Assembly: GCA_002269645.1 (NCBI GenBank) | Contig: NIVC01000433.1 | Span: 62,001-126,000 of the forward strand | Direction: 5' to 3' | Origin: Macrostomum lignano | Lineage: Eukaryota | Length of the DNA stretch: 64,000 bases | Part shown: positions 49,274 through 62,500 of the stretch, in pieces | Layout of the letters: each line of letters opens with the position of its first letter | Position numbering within the stretch: the stretch's first letter is position 1 | Made by a program: the position numbers and the translations under genes | The notes under the pieces: model-generated | Seen by the model: the letters and a program-made list of their open reading frames with translations, nothing else | The model's database searches: none | What the model was told of the DNA's origin: nothing

Positions 49274-51724
49274 TCAACGATCCGCTTCGTCTAGCCATCT
49301 TCTAAAGAACTCCTGCGGCCCCATGGCCAGCGAGGTGACAGTCGGGTCATAATCCGGCCAAAAGTCTGGCATAACCAAACTGCACCGGCCGTCGTTCAGG
49401 CAGTCGAATATTCTCCGATTCAACTGGCCCATATAGCCGTCCGTTAGGCGTTGAAGAAAGTGCCAATAGGCCGCTCTCAGGCTCATTGGTTCGAATAGGG
49501 CGAAATGAAACATCACGCCGGTGGACAGGGCGTACAGCAGGATGTCGCTGTGCGGCAGGCGCGGCAGCCAGCCGGCTCCCACAGCCGCTGAGCAGGCCAG
49601 CTCGGCAGCTTTGCTGGCGCAGTACATGGCCACGCTGCTGCTGCGGTAAGCCAGCATGCTGCCACCGGCTGCCAGGCCGCTCGCCGCCCACTGCCAAGGC
49701 CGCTGGTTGCCATGGCAACACCGGATCAGCAGGCAGCCGACAGCCCTGTAGATTGCCGACAGGCCGCCAAGGAAGGCGCCGAACCGCAGGCTGTCCGGGT
49801 GGAGCAGGGCGCCGCGGATGGCGCCGACGAGGCTGCGGCGCCGGCGGGCGGATTGAAGCGCCGAGGCGAGCGCCGTGACGAGGCGCAGAGCCGTTTGGAG
49901 ACCGAAGCCGAAGGCGAACATGCGGCCGAATTTCTGGGGGGGGGTCGAAATTTATAAAAAAATTGGTATTTGAAGACAAGCGCAGAAAAATGCTGCTTTT
50001 TTCTAGCATGCCTACTGACAAGTAGAATTTTGTAAGGTAAGAAAAATGGATAACAAAATTGAGACTAGAAAAAGTAGGTGAGACACATCAGGTGAGACAC
50101 ATCAGGTGAGACACATCAGGTGAGACACATCAGGGGAGACACATCAGGTAAGACACATCAGGTGAGACACATCAGGTGAGACACATCAGCTTAAGATACA
50201 TCAGGTGAGACACATCAGCTTAAGATACATCAGGTGAGACACATCAGGTGAGACACATCAGGTGAGACACATCAGGTGAGACACATCAGCTTAAGATACA
50301 TCAGGTGAGACACATCAGGTGAGACACATCAGGTGAGACACATCAGATGAGACACATCAGGTGAGACACATCAGCTTAAGATACATCAGTTGAGACACAT
50401 CAGGTGAGACACATCAGCTTAAGATACATCAGTTGAGACACATCAGGTGAGACACATCAGGTGAGACACATCAGGTGAGACACATCAGGTGAGACACATC
50501 AGGTGAGACACATCAGGTGAGACACATCAGGTGAGACACATCAGGTAAGACACATCAGGTGAGACACATCAGGTGAGACACATCAGATGAGACACATCAG
50601 GTGAGACACATCAGGTGAGACACATCAGGTGAGACACATCAGGTGAGACACATCAGGTTAAGATACATCAGGTGAGACACATCAGGTGAGACACATCAGG
50701 TGAGACACATCAGATGAGACACATCAGGTGAGACACATCAGCTTAAGATACATCAGTTGAGACACATCAGGTGAGACACATCAGCTTAAGATACATCAGG
50801 TGAGACACATCAGGTGAGACACATCAGGTGAGACACATCAGGTGAGACACATCAGCTTAAGATACATCAGGTGAGACACATCAGGTGAGACACATCAGGT
50901 GAGACACATCAGATGAGACACATCAGGTGAGACACATCAGCTTAAGATACATCAGTTGAGACACATCAGGTGAGACACATCAGGTGAGACACATCAGGTG
51001 AGACACATCAGGTGAGACACATCAGGTGAGACACATCAGGTGAGACACATCAGGTGAGACACATCAGATGAGCCACATCAGGTGAGACACATCAGGTGAG
51101 ACACATCAGGTAAGACACATCAGGTGAGACACATCAGGTGAGACACATCAGATGAGACACATCAGGTGAGACACATCAGGTGAGACACATCAGGTGAGAC
51201 ACATCAGGTTAAGATACATCAGGTGAGACACATCAGGTGAGACACATCAGGTGAGACACATCAGGTGAGACACATCAGGTTAAGATACATCAGATGAGAC
51301 ACATCAGGTGAGACACATCAGATGAGACACATCAGGTTAAGATACATCAGGTGAGACACATCAGATGAGACACATCAGGTTAAGATACATCAGGTGAGAC
51401 ACATCAGGTCATATCAGCTTACATAAATAGCGCTGGCCAGACAGCCGTCAGGGTGTCCATTCGGGCATCGTGGAAAGCCACCGCTGCCACCAGGCAGGGT
51501 GCGCAGAGCCGCCTGCGTCCACCTGGACAGCCAGCCGCTCGGCCGCTGCTCAACCGCAGTTTGAGATTTCTCTGCGTCCTCGCCAAGAAGAAATCTGTTT
51601 AGTATGAATTAGAACTTTTTTTGGAGGCTGGCTTAAAAAAGTTAACCTTAAGTAACCATGGCAACATCGGAGACAAAGCTCTCACCCGATGCCAGACTTC
51701 ATGCTGCCTTGAATCCGGCCGGAT
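49274..51724 (-). CDS. TMEM135: TMEM135 paralog copy B; only exons 7-9 recognised
   Basis: Exons 51724-51686, 51594-51423 and 49933-49274 have the same phases and near-identical sizes to copy A exons 7-9. The frame is open to TGA. Exons 1-6 were not found up to the window end, so it may be a partial gene or pseudogene. Confidence 0.8.
50085..51410. repeat. 14-bp minisatellite (gtgagacacatcag) in the TMEM135-B last intron
   Basis: About 95 copies. Confidence 0.98.
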
Positions 51725-53204
51725 CTGAGGCAAAGAGAGACAAAAATTTGGTCTTAGAAGAAATTCTTTGCAGACAATGAATCAGACTTGGCCTCTGGGA
51801 CGTGGGAGTTTAAAGGGTTGGGCTACATGTCAATACCCTGTCAGTAGGGCACTACAGCAGACGGAACTGGAAGGGATATGAGGGACAGGATCAGCTGGTC
51901 CTCTCGACCTCCCTGTGAATATAAATAAAAACTGATTGAATGAGGTGATTGGCAAATTATAGAAAATTTCAGGTTTCTATTTAGAGGGAAACCTACCAAA
52001 CATCCTTTATTTCCTCTGACGTCTGCTTTGTTAATTCGAAAAAATAATGATCATTCCGAAATAACGTTTTCCTAACAAATAGGATCACGCGGATTAACTA
52101 AATCCTCATTGATCAAACCTACTATCCCAACTTTCATCAGTCTCTGTTGTAATAAGCCTCATTTCCATTTCAACTCCCAAATGCTTAATTGCATTTCTAA
52201 TCGCTTTCTCAAAGCAATTATCATTCTCGCAGAAATATGACAGCTCTGAAGGCAACGCGAATCAAGTCGTCAGTTCAAGGATAAATATGATCAACAGACA
52301 GAACGCTTTTTCAGCGAACAGAGAAAAAGCTTGGGAAAAAAAGGAAGACGATTGCGCATGCATCTATAGACAGAGTTTCAGATTCCCTCCGGGATAAGCA
52401 GACTGACAGACTAAGATCTGGGCTAGTTAAAACAGCGAGAGGTCCAGAAAAAACATGACAGCAGATCAGAGAGGAAGAAATGCCAGGCACCCGGCCTCCT
52501 GACAAGGATGTTTCACAGAATTTTCATGAGACTCTAGTTGGGATCTGAAGACGCGATGAAGATCGGGTCGGTTAAGGGGGAGAGCTAGTACGAGCCAGGA
52601 ACAGATTCTCCAGCGATCGTGTTCAACAACAATCGCCGCTGCATAGTTGGTGAATCTCTACATGAAGCTGTCTCTCTGTACAAGATGCAATTCAGCTAAC
52701 TATATAGCTAGATATATATGGGGTCAATGGCTAACACAAGCCAGATGCTATGCAGGCCTTGATTTCTGTTTCAACAAAACCAAAATCTTGCAATAAGAGA
52801 GGGGGAGAGAGAGATGAAGCTCGATTGCCCCCCATTCACCTATTTTGGTGCGAGCCGCGGTAACCGGGAATTACAGGTGAGGCTGTGCCGCCGCCAGACT
52901 AAGCCCTGACAAGATGATTGACAGGTCCAGCTGCGAGGCAGAAGAGAGGGCCGGGGAGGGGGCACAAAGTGCCCCATCGTCTGCCTTATCACGGCCTCGA
53001 GCCACCAAGCAGCGATGCTGACTGATACAGCCTAATTTAAAGCTCGCCTGTTTCCCATTGGGTCTGCGGGAATTCCAACAGATTACTAATTAGCATTGGG
53101 CTTTTGTGCCCGCTGGTTCGAATAGCCGGGTTGCTGCATTCAAGACCGAATACCGATTCTATGCCACCTTTAATGCCATGCTACACAGGTAGATGGGCTA
53201 GATA

Positions 53205-53779
<575 letters not shown>

Positions 53780-54086
53780 TGTTTCCATCCAAATTCAGAT
53801 ACCAATATCGCAGGGTACCAGGTGACGCCGCGCCATTCACGCCAGACTGACATCTCGATGGATCTGTCATCCCCTAATCGGATGCCTCGCTGGCCGAGCA
53901 TGGCGGTTAGTTCAGCTGGAATAATAGGTTTAGGCTTAGAAAGGAGGCAAGGGAGGCAGCATTTCCGATTTGAAATGCGGAAGCCAGAGTGAGATCTAGT
54001 TGCCAGGGCACGGGTGAAGGGGAGTTTTTAGAAATTAGGCAAGCGCGAGACTGAAGTTCAACAACGGCAAAATTTGGATGGAAACA
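53780..54086. mobile_element. MITE with a 16-bp TIR TGTTTCCATCCAAATT (possibly Harbinger-like)
   Basis: Perfect inverted repeat at 53780-53795 and 54071-54086. The superfamily is tentative and no TSD was resolved. Confidence 0.6.
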
Positions 54087-54264
54087 GAGACAAAGACACT
54101 TCAGCTTCCCGATTCGCATCCCCTGCTGGGTCCGGCCCCTCCTCCATCTGTCGCTAATGGGAAATACAGATTTCCCCCTATCTGTTCATGTATAAGTCGC
54201 CCTCTGCCCAGCTGGCCAGCATTTCAATGCCATCTTTGTAGACTGATGCTGGTGCACCTCTTTA

Positions 54265-54790
<526 letters not shown>

Positions 54791-55362
54791 CCTGCTTGTC
54801 TGACTTAGTGGCTTAGTGTTTAAGTTTCTGTCCGTCTATCTCTCTATCCTGTCCTTCTGTGTCCTGTGCTTGGTACCAGCGTGAATCTCAGTGTATTTTA
54901 TTAGTCCCTGCATGCCTGTGCGCTGTCTGTTGTCAGTCTGCTTTAAAGCTGATTCAAAAGTTGAAGTGCCGATTAAACAAAAAGCCCGGCTTTCATTACG
55001 AAAAAAATCCGCCAGTGAGCCAATTGCAAAGGGTTTAACTACTGGGGACAATAATCGAACGTGTCCATCAAGCTGGTAGACAACATAGCAACCGCTAAAA
55101 AATCCAGGCATCTCCCTCCCAGGCATGGCATCCATTGTTGCGCCGTGCACACAGTCCATACACATGGTACGCGGGAATTCAGTTGAAAATTCCTAAAAGA
55201 AACGATCGTTCGTGCCGACTTGCTGTTTGCCATATTTTGTTAATTTTTTTCTCTCTTCATTCAAGTATCGATGGCCATCGCTCCGGGCTCGCTCTGTTTG
55301 ATCGGGCAGAGTCTGATGCAACAATGGAGGTTAGGCAAACAATGCCGGCTAGAATGAATAGG

Positions 55363-55434
55363 GGGGCCGTAGCCTAGCGGTCTAGCGCAGGCTCTGGTGT
55401 GCCAGCGACCCAGGCTCGATTCCAAGTGGAGTCA
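55363..55434 (+). mobile_element. tRNA-like head (SINE or tRNA pseudogene)
   Basis: GGGGCCGTAGCCTAGCGG (A box) and GGCTCGATTCC (B box) at tRNA spacing. The acceptor stem does not pair, so this is not a functional tRNA. Confidence 0.55.
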
Positions 55435-56045
55435 CATTAATTTGGGGCTGAATTGGAATCTCGGCTTGGCTCTGCTCGTGCAATTAACGGCCTTGAGAGC
55501 CAACCCCCCAAAGCGCAGTGAAGTGTACATGCCTAACGATAAATAAAGTTAGGCCGCTGTACACTCCTGTGTGAGTGTGTGCCTGCGTACGTATCCGCGC
55601 GCTTGTATTGCCTGCACAGTGGAGTCGGCGGAATGGGCAGTAATGCATCTCGCCGGTTGTGTGCTTATGTCGCTTAAAGTGCGCCAGGGTGCACACAACC
55701 CCCCTGCCTCTAATAAAAAAAGAATGATATACACATGATTTTTACACCGAGAGCCATGCCAATCTGGCTATCATTCTTGTCCTGCTGCTCCACGTTTGCC
55801 TTCAAGATCAGTGGATGATCAGACACATCCTTGAGTGTCTCGTTTTACTGCCTTAGTAACAACACTTTATAAGCGCGTTGCTATAAGGATTCTATAATTC
55901 TCTACAAACAGTAATGAACCATATTATGGACATCATACTTGTATTCCTCTGCCAACAGAAGTGATCATATCGAATTAAATATTTTGAATTGTTTCAAAAA
56001 CGGATTTCATGCAGATCAGAGTATAAGTCCAATAGATCAACAGTT

Positions 56046-56071
56046 AGACAGACAGACAGACAGACAGACAC

Positions 56072-56130
<59 letters not shown>
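56046..56130. repeat. (GACA)n microsatellite
   Basis: Read directly. Confidence 0.97.
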
Positions 56131-56837
56131 TACGACTGTCTGTGTGTTTAGCGGGACCTGAGTTATGTTAATGCGTTACGTGGACCACGCAATTCCGGTT
56201 AAAAAATAGAGTCTGTTTTGACAACGCGAAAGGCTAGCTAGGGTTATCTTTTTGTTAACTTGACGGAATAGCCAGTTCGTGGAAACTGTGGTGGTTCACT
56301 AACTACGTTTTGGGGACCGGGTTAGGTGGACCGCAAAAAAACAGTTGGTTTAGTTAGACCTCTTTCGTTGTAGAAAATTTATTGCTTTAAACTGTTCTTT
56401 TGAACTAATTAAAACAGAAATTCTCAAAAAGAACAGATAAAAGGGTTACGACGTCATTTAATGAAAATATCCCAAGTTCAAACCAATTTATTTAGCATTA
56501 TTAATCGGGTTAATCGGGTTAAACAAATGTACGATCGCATTAGTTAGTTGCGTCGCGTGAATACAAGAAGGTGAATGAAAATAAAGCATTTTAAAAATAA
56601 ATACCGAATCATATCAAATACTAACTGTAAACTCATTAAAACTAATTTAGGTCAAAATGTATGCTTCAAATACATGTTAACAAACGTAAGATTCCATTAG
56701 TTAATAAAGGTCATCCGAGTACGAGCCTACAAGAAGTTGAAGGGCATTTTTAATAACGACAAAAGTTACTAAAACTGAAATTAAATTTATTTGACTACAT
56801 CAGTCCTATTATACTGAATGAGTTGGTGAGCAATCAT

Positions 56838-59223
56838 ATGCTACTTACTTACTTACTTACTACTGACGGGGGGCGCAGGCGCCGCGAATAGGCCGCGAGG
56901 CCCCTATCGCAACCCCAAGGTAAAAGAGCACAAGGATTAGCCTTGGGGGTGCGCCCAGTCCCCGCCAGTAGTCGGCAGGTCCGCAGTGGAGGCATCGGCG
57001 ACCCTCATCCGGCCGGAGTCCCGGACGAAGGCGCGGAGGTCTCGGATATTGTCCGCGGTGGTCAGCTCGTCCATCCGCTGGGGGTGGCCGAGGTATTTGT
57101 GCCGCGCCTTGTTGAAGTAAGGGCAGAAGGTGACGTGATGCTCCGCGGTCTCCTCTCCTATGCCACAGAAGGGACAGGTGGGAGGGCAACCGGTTTGCAA
57201 CGATATATGTCTCTGGAAGAATCCGTGGCCGGTTAGGACCATGCACATCTCCCTGAGGTCGGTTCTGTTAAGCGAAATCAGATAATCAGAGACTTTCCTG
57301 TTCAGGTTAGGCATGGCAGAGCGGCTCTGCCTGTACTCGGTGCAGCTGTTCCAGTGGAGCTGGTGCTGCTGATGGAGCCACCTGTTGATATGGCGGGTGA
57401 CTTGCGACCTGGGGGTGGGTAGCCTCATCAGACGGTGGTTGCCGTCTGGGTTGCTGCCCTCCTTGGCGAGAGAGTCCGCGAGCTCGTTGCCCAGGATGTT
57501 GCTGTGACCAGGTGTCCAGATAATTCTAATCCTGTTAAGGACTGAGAGAGATTGCACACTGCGGTGGCATTGAGATACTGTAGCAGCGGAGATATTCTCA
57601 GTGGTTAAGGCCTTAATAGCAGCTTGGCTATCAGTGTAGAAATTAATGTCAAAATTATTAATGTTCGCCTGAAACAGTTGCTGGGCACACTGCTCAATGG
57701 CGCAAATTTCAGCTTGGAAAACTGAGGTGTTCTCACCGAGGTGCAGACTTTCCTGGAGAATCATCTTACCCTCGTGGAAAATGGCAATACCCGCTCCAGC
57801 GCGGCCGTTGAACAGCGAGCCGTCGGTGAAGCAGTGAATGCCCTGGCTGCGCCGGTTCACACCGACATCCAGCGGAATGTTGTCTCGGCCAGGGATGGCG
57901 GTCTTGAAGCCCCTCCTGATGTTGAGGGCGGGAGGTCGACTATCCACATTGCCCAGGTCCATGTGGATGTTGTTAAGGTCGCGGCGGACAAAGTCCATAT
58001 GCGGGATTAATGTTTTCATTGGCATAAAGCCAGAGGGCGCGTTATTTAACGTTTTATCTCTGATAAGCCGGGAGGCAGACTTCATAGCCTCCGCCCTAAT
58101 AAATAGGTGAAGCGGAGGTAGGTTAAGGATAGTGTTCAGCCCCTCGTAAGGGGTGGACGGGTACGCACCTGTGATGGCACGGCAAATGCTGCCCTGAAGC
58201 TGGTACAGCCGCTGACGGGCGGCCTTCTGCTCCAGCACGCTAGTCCAGATGAGACTCGCGTATGTGATACTGGGCCGGATGATGCCGGTATAAATCCAAC
58301 GGACCGTTCTAGGCGAGAGGCCCCAAGTCGGCCCGATGGCTCTGCGCAGCTGGGCAAAGCAGCGTTTTGCCCGACCGATGACGTTATCAAGGTGCTTCGT
58401 CCAGCGCAGGTCATGCGTTAGCGTCACACCGAGGTATTTGACCTCCTTCTTGAAGGGGATGTTTCTGCCATAGACAGTGAGGTTTTTCATCTCCCACTTA
58501 CGGCGCTTGGTGAAAACGACAGCGACAGTCTTAGTGACGCTGATTTTTAGGCCATGCTGTGTAGCCCAGTCGGCCGCCTTGTCGGCGAATTGCTGCATCA
58601 GGTTGCGCAGAGTGGCGGGGTCGGGTCCGCTGACGACCGCGGCAACGTCATCGGCGTAGCCCGCCCTGGTGATACTGCTGGGAATGTCAGCGGTTAGAAG
58701 TTCGTCCATGACGAGATTCCAGAGAAGTGGAGTTAGCACGCCACCTTGCGGGCCGCCTTTCATCACCGCCCGGGTGAGGGTAACGCCCATAAGTGTGGAT
58801 GTCACAAACCTTTTGCGGATCATAAAATAAATCCAGCGAATAATGCTGTGTCTTACATTCCTGCGGGAAAGAGAATTTCTGAAGGAGCGGAAGAGGACAT
58901 TGTCAAATGCTCCTTCGAAGTCAACGAACAACCCGCAAGCGAGTTGTTTGCTAAGGATGGCACTCTCAATTTTGGAGGTAATGGCGTGGAGAGCATGCTC
59001 AGTCGTCCTCCCAGGCTGGAAGGCGTACTGGTACTTACTGACAGGGTCGGAGCGCAGGTCGCACTCTCGAAGCCTCCACAGGATGAGCCTCTCCATCAGC
59101 TTAACACAAAAGGAAGTGAGGCTGATGGGCCGGAAGGATTTCACGTTGGTGTAGTCACCCTTAGCAGGTTTCGGGATGAACACGACTCTGGACATTCTCC
59201 AGATTGTGGGAATGTAACTAAGC
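56838..59223 (-). mobile_element. 5'-truncated LOA/R1-type LINE with an intact RT + RNase H + CCHC frame (752 aa)
   Basis: RT motifs [36 protein letters not shown] and GPTWGLSP. RNase H motifs FTDGS, SVFQAEI, TDSQAA and WTPGH...[11 protein letters not shown]-terminal CPFC...EHHVTFC. A (TAAG)n tail lies at ~56841-56864. Candidate TSD caatcat at 56831-56837 and 59224-59230. No APE or ORF1. Confidence 0.93.
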
Positions 59224-59549
59224 CAATCATTTTACCGACTTTCATCTTTTCGTTCACGCAGATGATGGCTTAATCTTCTTATTTTTTCTACGAAATATTC
59301 TCCTGGACCTTCCCTGCCTCCGTGGTCCGGGACCGCTTCTGTTATTGATCTGTCATTGCCTCTCTCACGAAGTTCAGCTTACTCAGCCATCGAATCCGCT
59401 TTCGTCAGCTCAGCTCTATGATGAACCTTTCTATATTTCTCGTCAATTAGTGGTTTGAATCTTCTTTTAAAGTTCGTTTTAACCTTCATCTCGGTGAAAC
59501 GCAGTCAGTCTCGTCGAGATCAGGCGAACAAAATCAACCACAGGCTCCT

Positions 59550-62500
59550 ACAAGGGTAGAAAATAAAATTAACTGACAATCAAACAGACACAGAAATCTG
59601 TTCCAGTTGTGTCTGTAGGTTATGTGGACCACCTGAGAGCCAGAGCCTCAAACAGACAGAGAAATCTGTTCGAGTTGTGTCTGTAGGTTAGATGGACCAG
59701 CTATTCTACAGCACTTCTAGGCGATAATCTGAGCCAGGAATCTCCAAGAGCCTCTCGTTACACATCCAGATGTTCTGCCTTGATGCTGGACTAGCTCACT
59801 TTCTAGGAATCTGTTCTGATTGCATTCTAACAAACTGAAGCATTCTCGGCACTAAACTTTCTCGGCGGCTCTGAGAGCCAGAGCCTCAAACAGACAGAGA
59901 AATCTGTTCGAGTTGTGTCTGTAGGTTAGGTGGACCAGCTATTCTACAGCACTTCTAGGCGATAATCTGAGCCAGGAATCTCCGAGAGCCTTTCGTTACA
60001 CATCCAGATGTTCTGCCTTGATGCTGGACTAGCTCACTTTCTAGGAATCTGTTCTGATTACATTCTAACAAACTGAAGCATTCTCGGCACTAAACTTTCT
60101 CAGCGGCTCTGAGATCCAGAGCCTCAAACAGACAGAAATCTGTTCGAGTTGTGTCTGTAGGTTAGGTGGACCAGCTACTCCACAGCACTTCTAGGCGATA
60201 ATCTGAGCCAGGAGTCTTCGAGAGACTTTCGTTACACATCCAGATGTTCTGCCTTGATGCTGGACTAGCTCACTTTCTAGGAATCTGTTCTGATTGCATT
60301 CTAACAAACTGAAGCATTTTCTGCACTAAACTTTCTCGGCGGCTCTAAGAGCCAGAGCCTAAACAGACAGAGAAATCTGTTCGAGTTGTGTCTGTAGGTT
60401 AGGTGGACCACCTTCTGAGAAACAAAGCCTCAAACAGACTGAGAGAGCTGCTTCAGTTCTGTCTGTAGGTTATGTGGACCATTTAAGAGCCAGAGCCTCA
60501 AACAGACAGAGAAATCTGTTCGAGTTGTGTCTGTAGGTTAGGTGGACCAGCTATTCTACAGCACTTCTAGACGATAATCCGAGCCAGGAATCTCCGAGAG
60601 CCTCTCGTTACACATCCAGATGTTCTGCCTTGATGCTGGACTAGCTCACTTTCCAGGAATCTGTTCTGATTGCATTCTAACAAACTGAAGCATTTTCTGC
60701 ACTAAACTTTCTCGGTGGCTCTAAGAGCCAGAGCCTAAACAGACAGAGAAATCTGCTTGAGGAGTTGTGTCTGTAGGTTAGGTGGACCACCTTCTGAGAG
60801 ACAAAGCCTCAAACAGACTGAGAGAGCTGCTTCAGTTCTGTTTGTAGGTTATGTGGACCATTTAAGAGCCAGAGCCTCAAACAGACAGAGAAATCTGTTC
60901 GAGTTGTGTCTGTATGTTAGGTGGACCAGCTATTCTACAGCACTTCTAGGCGATAATCTGAGCCAGGAATCTCCGAGAGCCTCTCGTTACACATCCAGAT
61001 GTTCTGCCTTGATGCTGGACTAGCTCACTTTCTAGGAATCTGTTCTGATTGCATTCTAACAAACTGAAGCATTCTCGGCACTAAACTTTCTCAGCGGCTC
61101 TGAGAGCCAGAGCCTCAAACAGACAGAGAAATCTGTTCGAGTTGTGTCTGTAGGTTAGGTGGACCAGCTACTCCACAGCACTTCTAGGCGATAATCTGAG
61201 CCAGGAATCTCCGAGAGCCTCTCGTTACACATCCAGATGTTCTGCCTTGATGCTGGACTAGCTCACTTTCTAGGAATCTGTTCTGATTGCATTCTAACAA
61301 ACTGAAGCATTCTCGGCACTAAACTTTCTCAGCGGCTCTGAGAGCCAGAGCCTCAAACAGACAGAAATCTGTTCGAGTTGTGTCTGTAGGTTAGATGGAC
61401 CAGCTATTCTACAGCACTTCTAGGCGATAATCTGAGCCAGGAATCTCCAAGAGCCTCTCGTTACACATCCAGATGTTCTGCCTTGATGCTGGACTAGCTC
61501 ACTTTCTAGGAATCTGTTCTGATTGCATTCTAACAAACTGAAGCATTCTCGGCACTAAACTTTCTCGGCGGCTCTGAGAGCCAGAGCCTCAAACAGACAG
61601 AGAAATCTGTTCGAGTTGTGTCTGTAGGTTAGGTGGACCAGCTATTCTACAGCACTTCTAGGCGATAATCTGAGCCAGGAATCTCCGAGAGCCTTTCGTT
61701 ACACATCCAGATGTTCTGCCTTGATTCTGGACTAGCTCACTTTCTAGGAATCTGTTCTGATTACATTCTAACAAACTGAAGCATTCTCGGCACTAAACTT
61801 TCTCAGCGGCTCTGAGATCCAGAGCCTCAAACAGACAGAAATCTGTTCGAGTTGTGTCTGTAGGTTAGATGGACCAGCTACTCCACAGCACTTCTAGGCG
61901 ATAATCTGAGCCAGGAGTCTTCGAGAGACTTTCGTTACACATCCAGATGTTCTGCCTTGATGCTGGACTAGCTCACTTTCTAGGAATCTGTTCTGATTGC
62001 ATTCTAACAAACTGAAGCATTTTCTGCACTAAACTTTCTCGGCGGCTCTAAGAGCCAGAGCCTAAACAGACAGAGAAATCTGCTCGAGTTGTGTCTGTAG
62101 GTTAGGTGGACCACCTTCTGAGAGACAAAGCCTCAAACAGACTGAGAGAGCTGCTTCAGTTCTGTCTGTAGGTTATGTGGACCATTTAAGAGCCAGAGCC
62201 TCAAACAGACAGAGAAATCTGTTCGAGTTGTGTCTTTAGGTTAGGTGGACCAGCTATTCTACAGCACTTCTAGGCGATAATCCGAGCCAGGAATCTCCGA
62301 GAGCCTCTCGTTACACATCCAGATGTTCTGCCTTGATGCTGGACTAGCTCACTTTCTAGGAATATGTTCTGATTGCATTCTAACAAACTGAAGCATTTTC
62401 TGCACTAAACTTTCTCGGTGGCTCTAAGAGCCAGAGCCTAAACAGACAGAGAAATCTGCTCGAGTTGTGTCTGTAGGTTAGGTGGACCACCTTCTGAGAG

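Noticed and set aside
54836-55165. 109-aa minus-strand ORF considered as the missing TMEM135-B 5' exons
   Set aside because: No similarity to copy A exons 1-6 and no recognisable domain.
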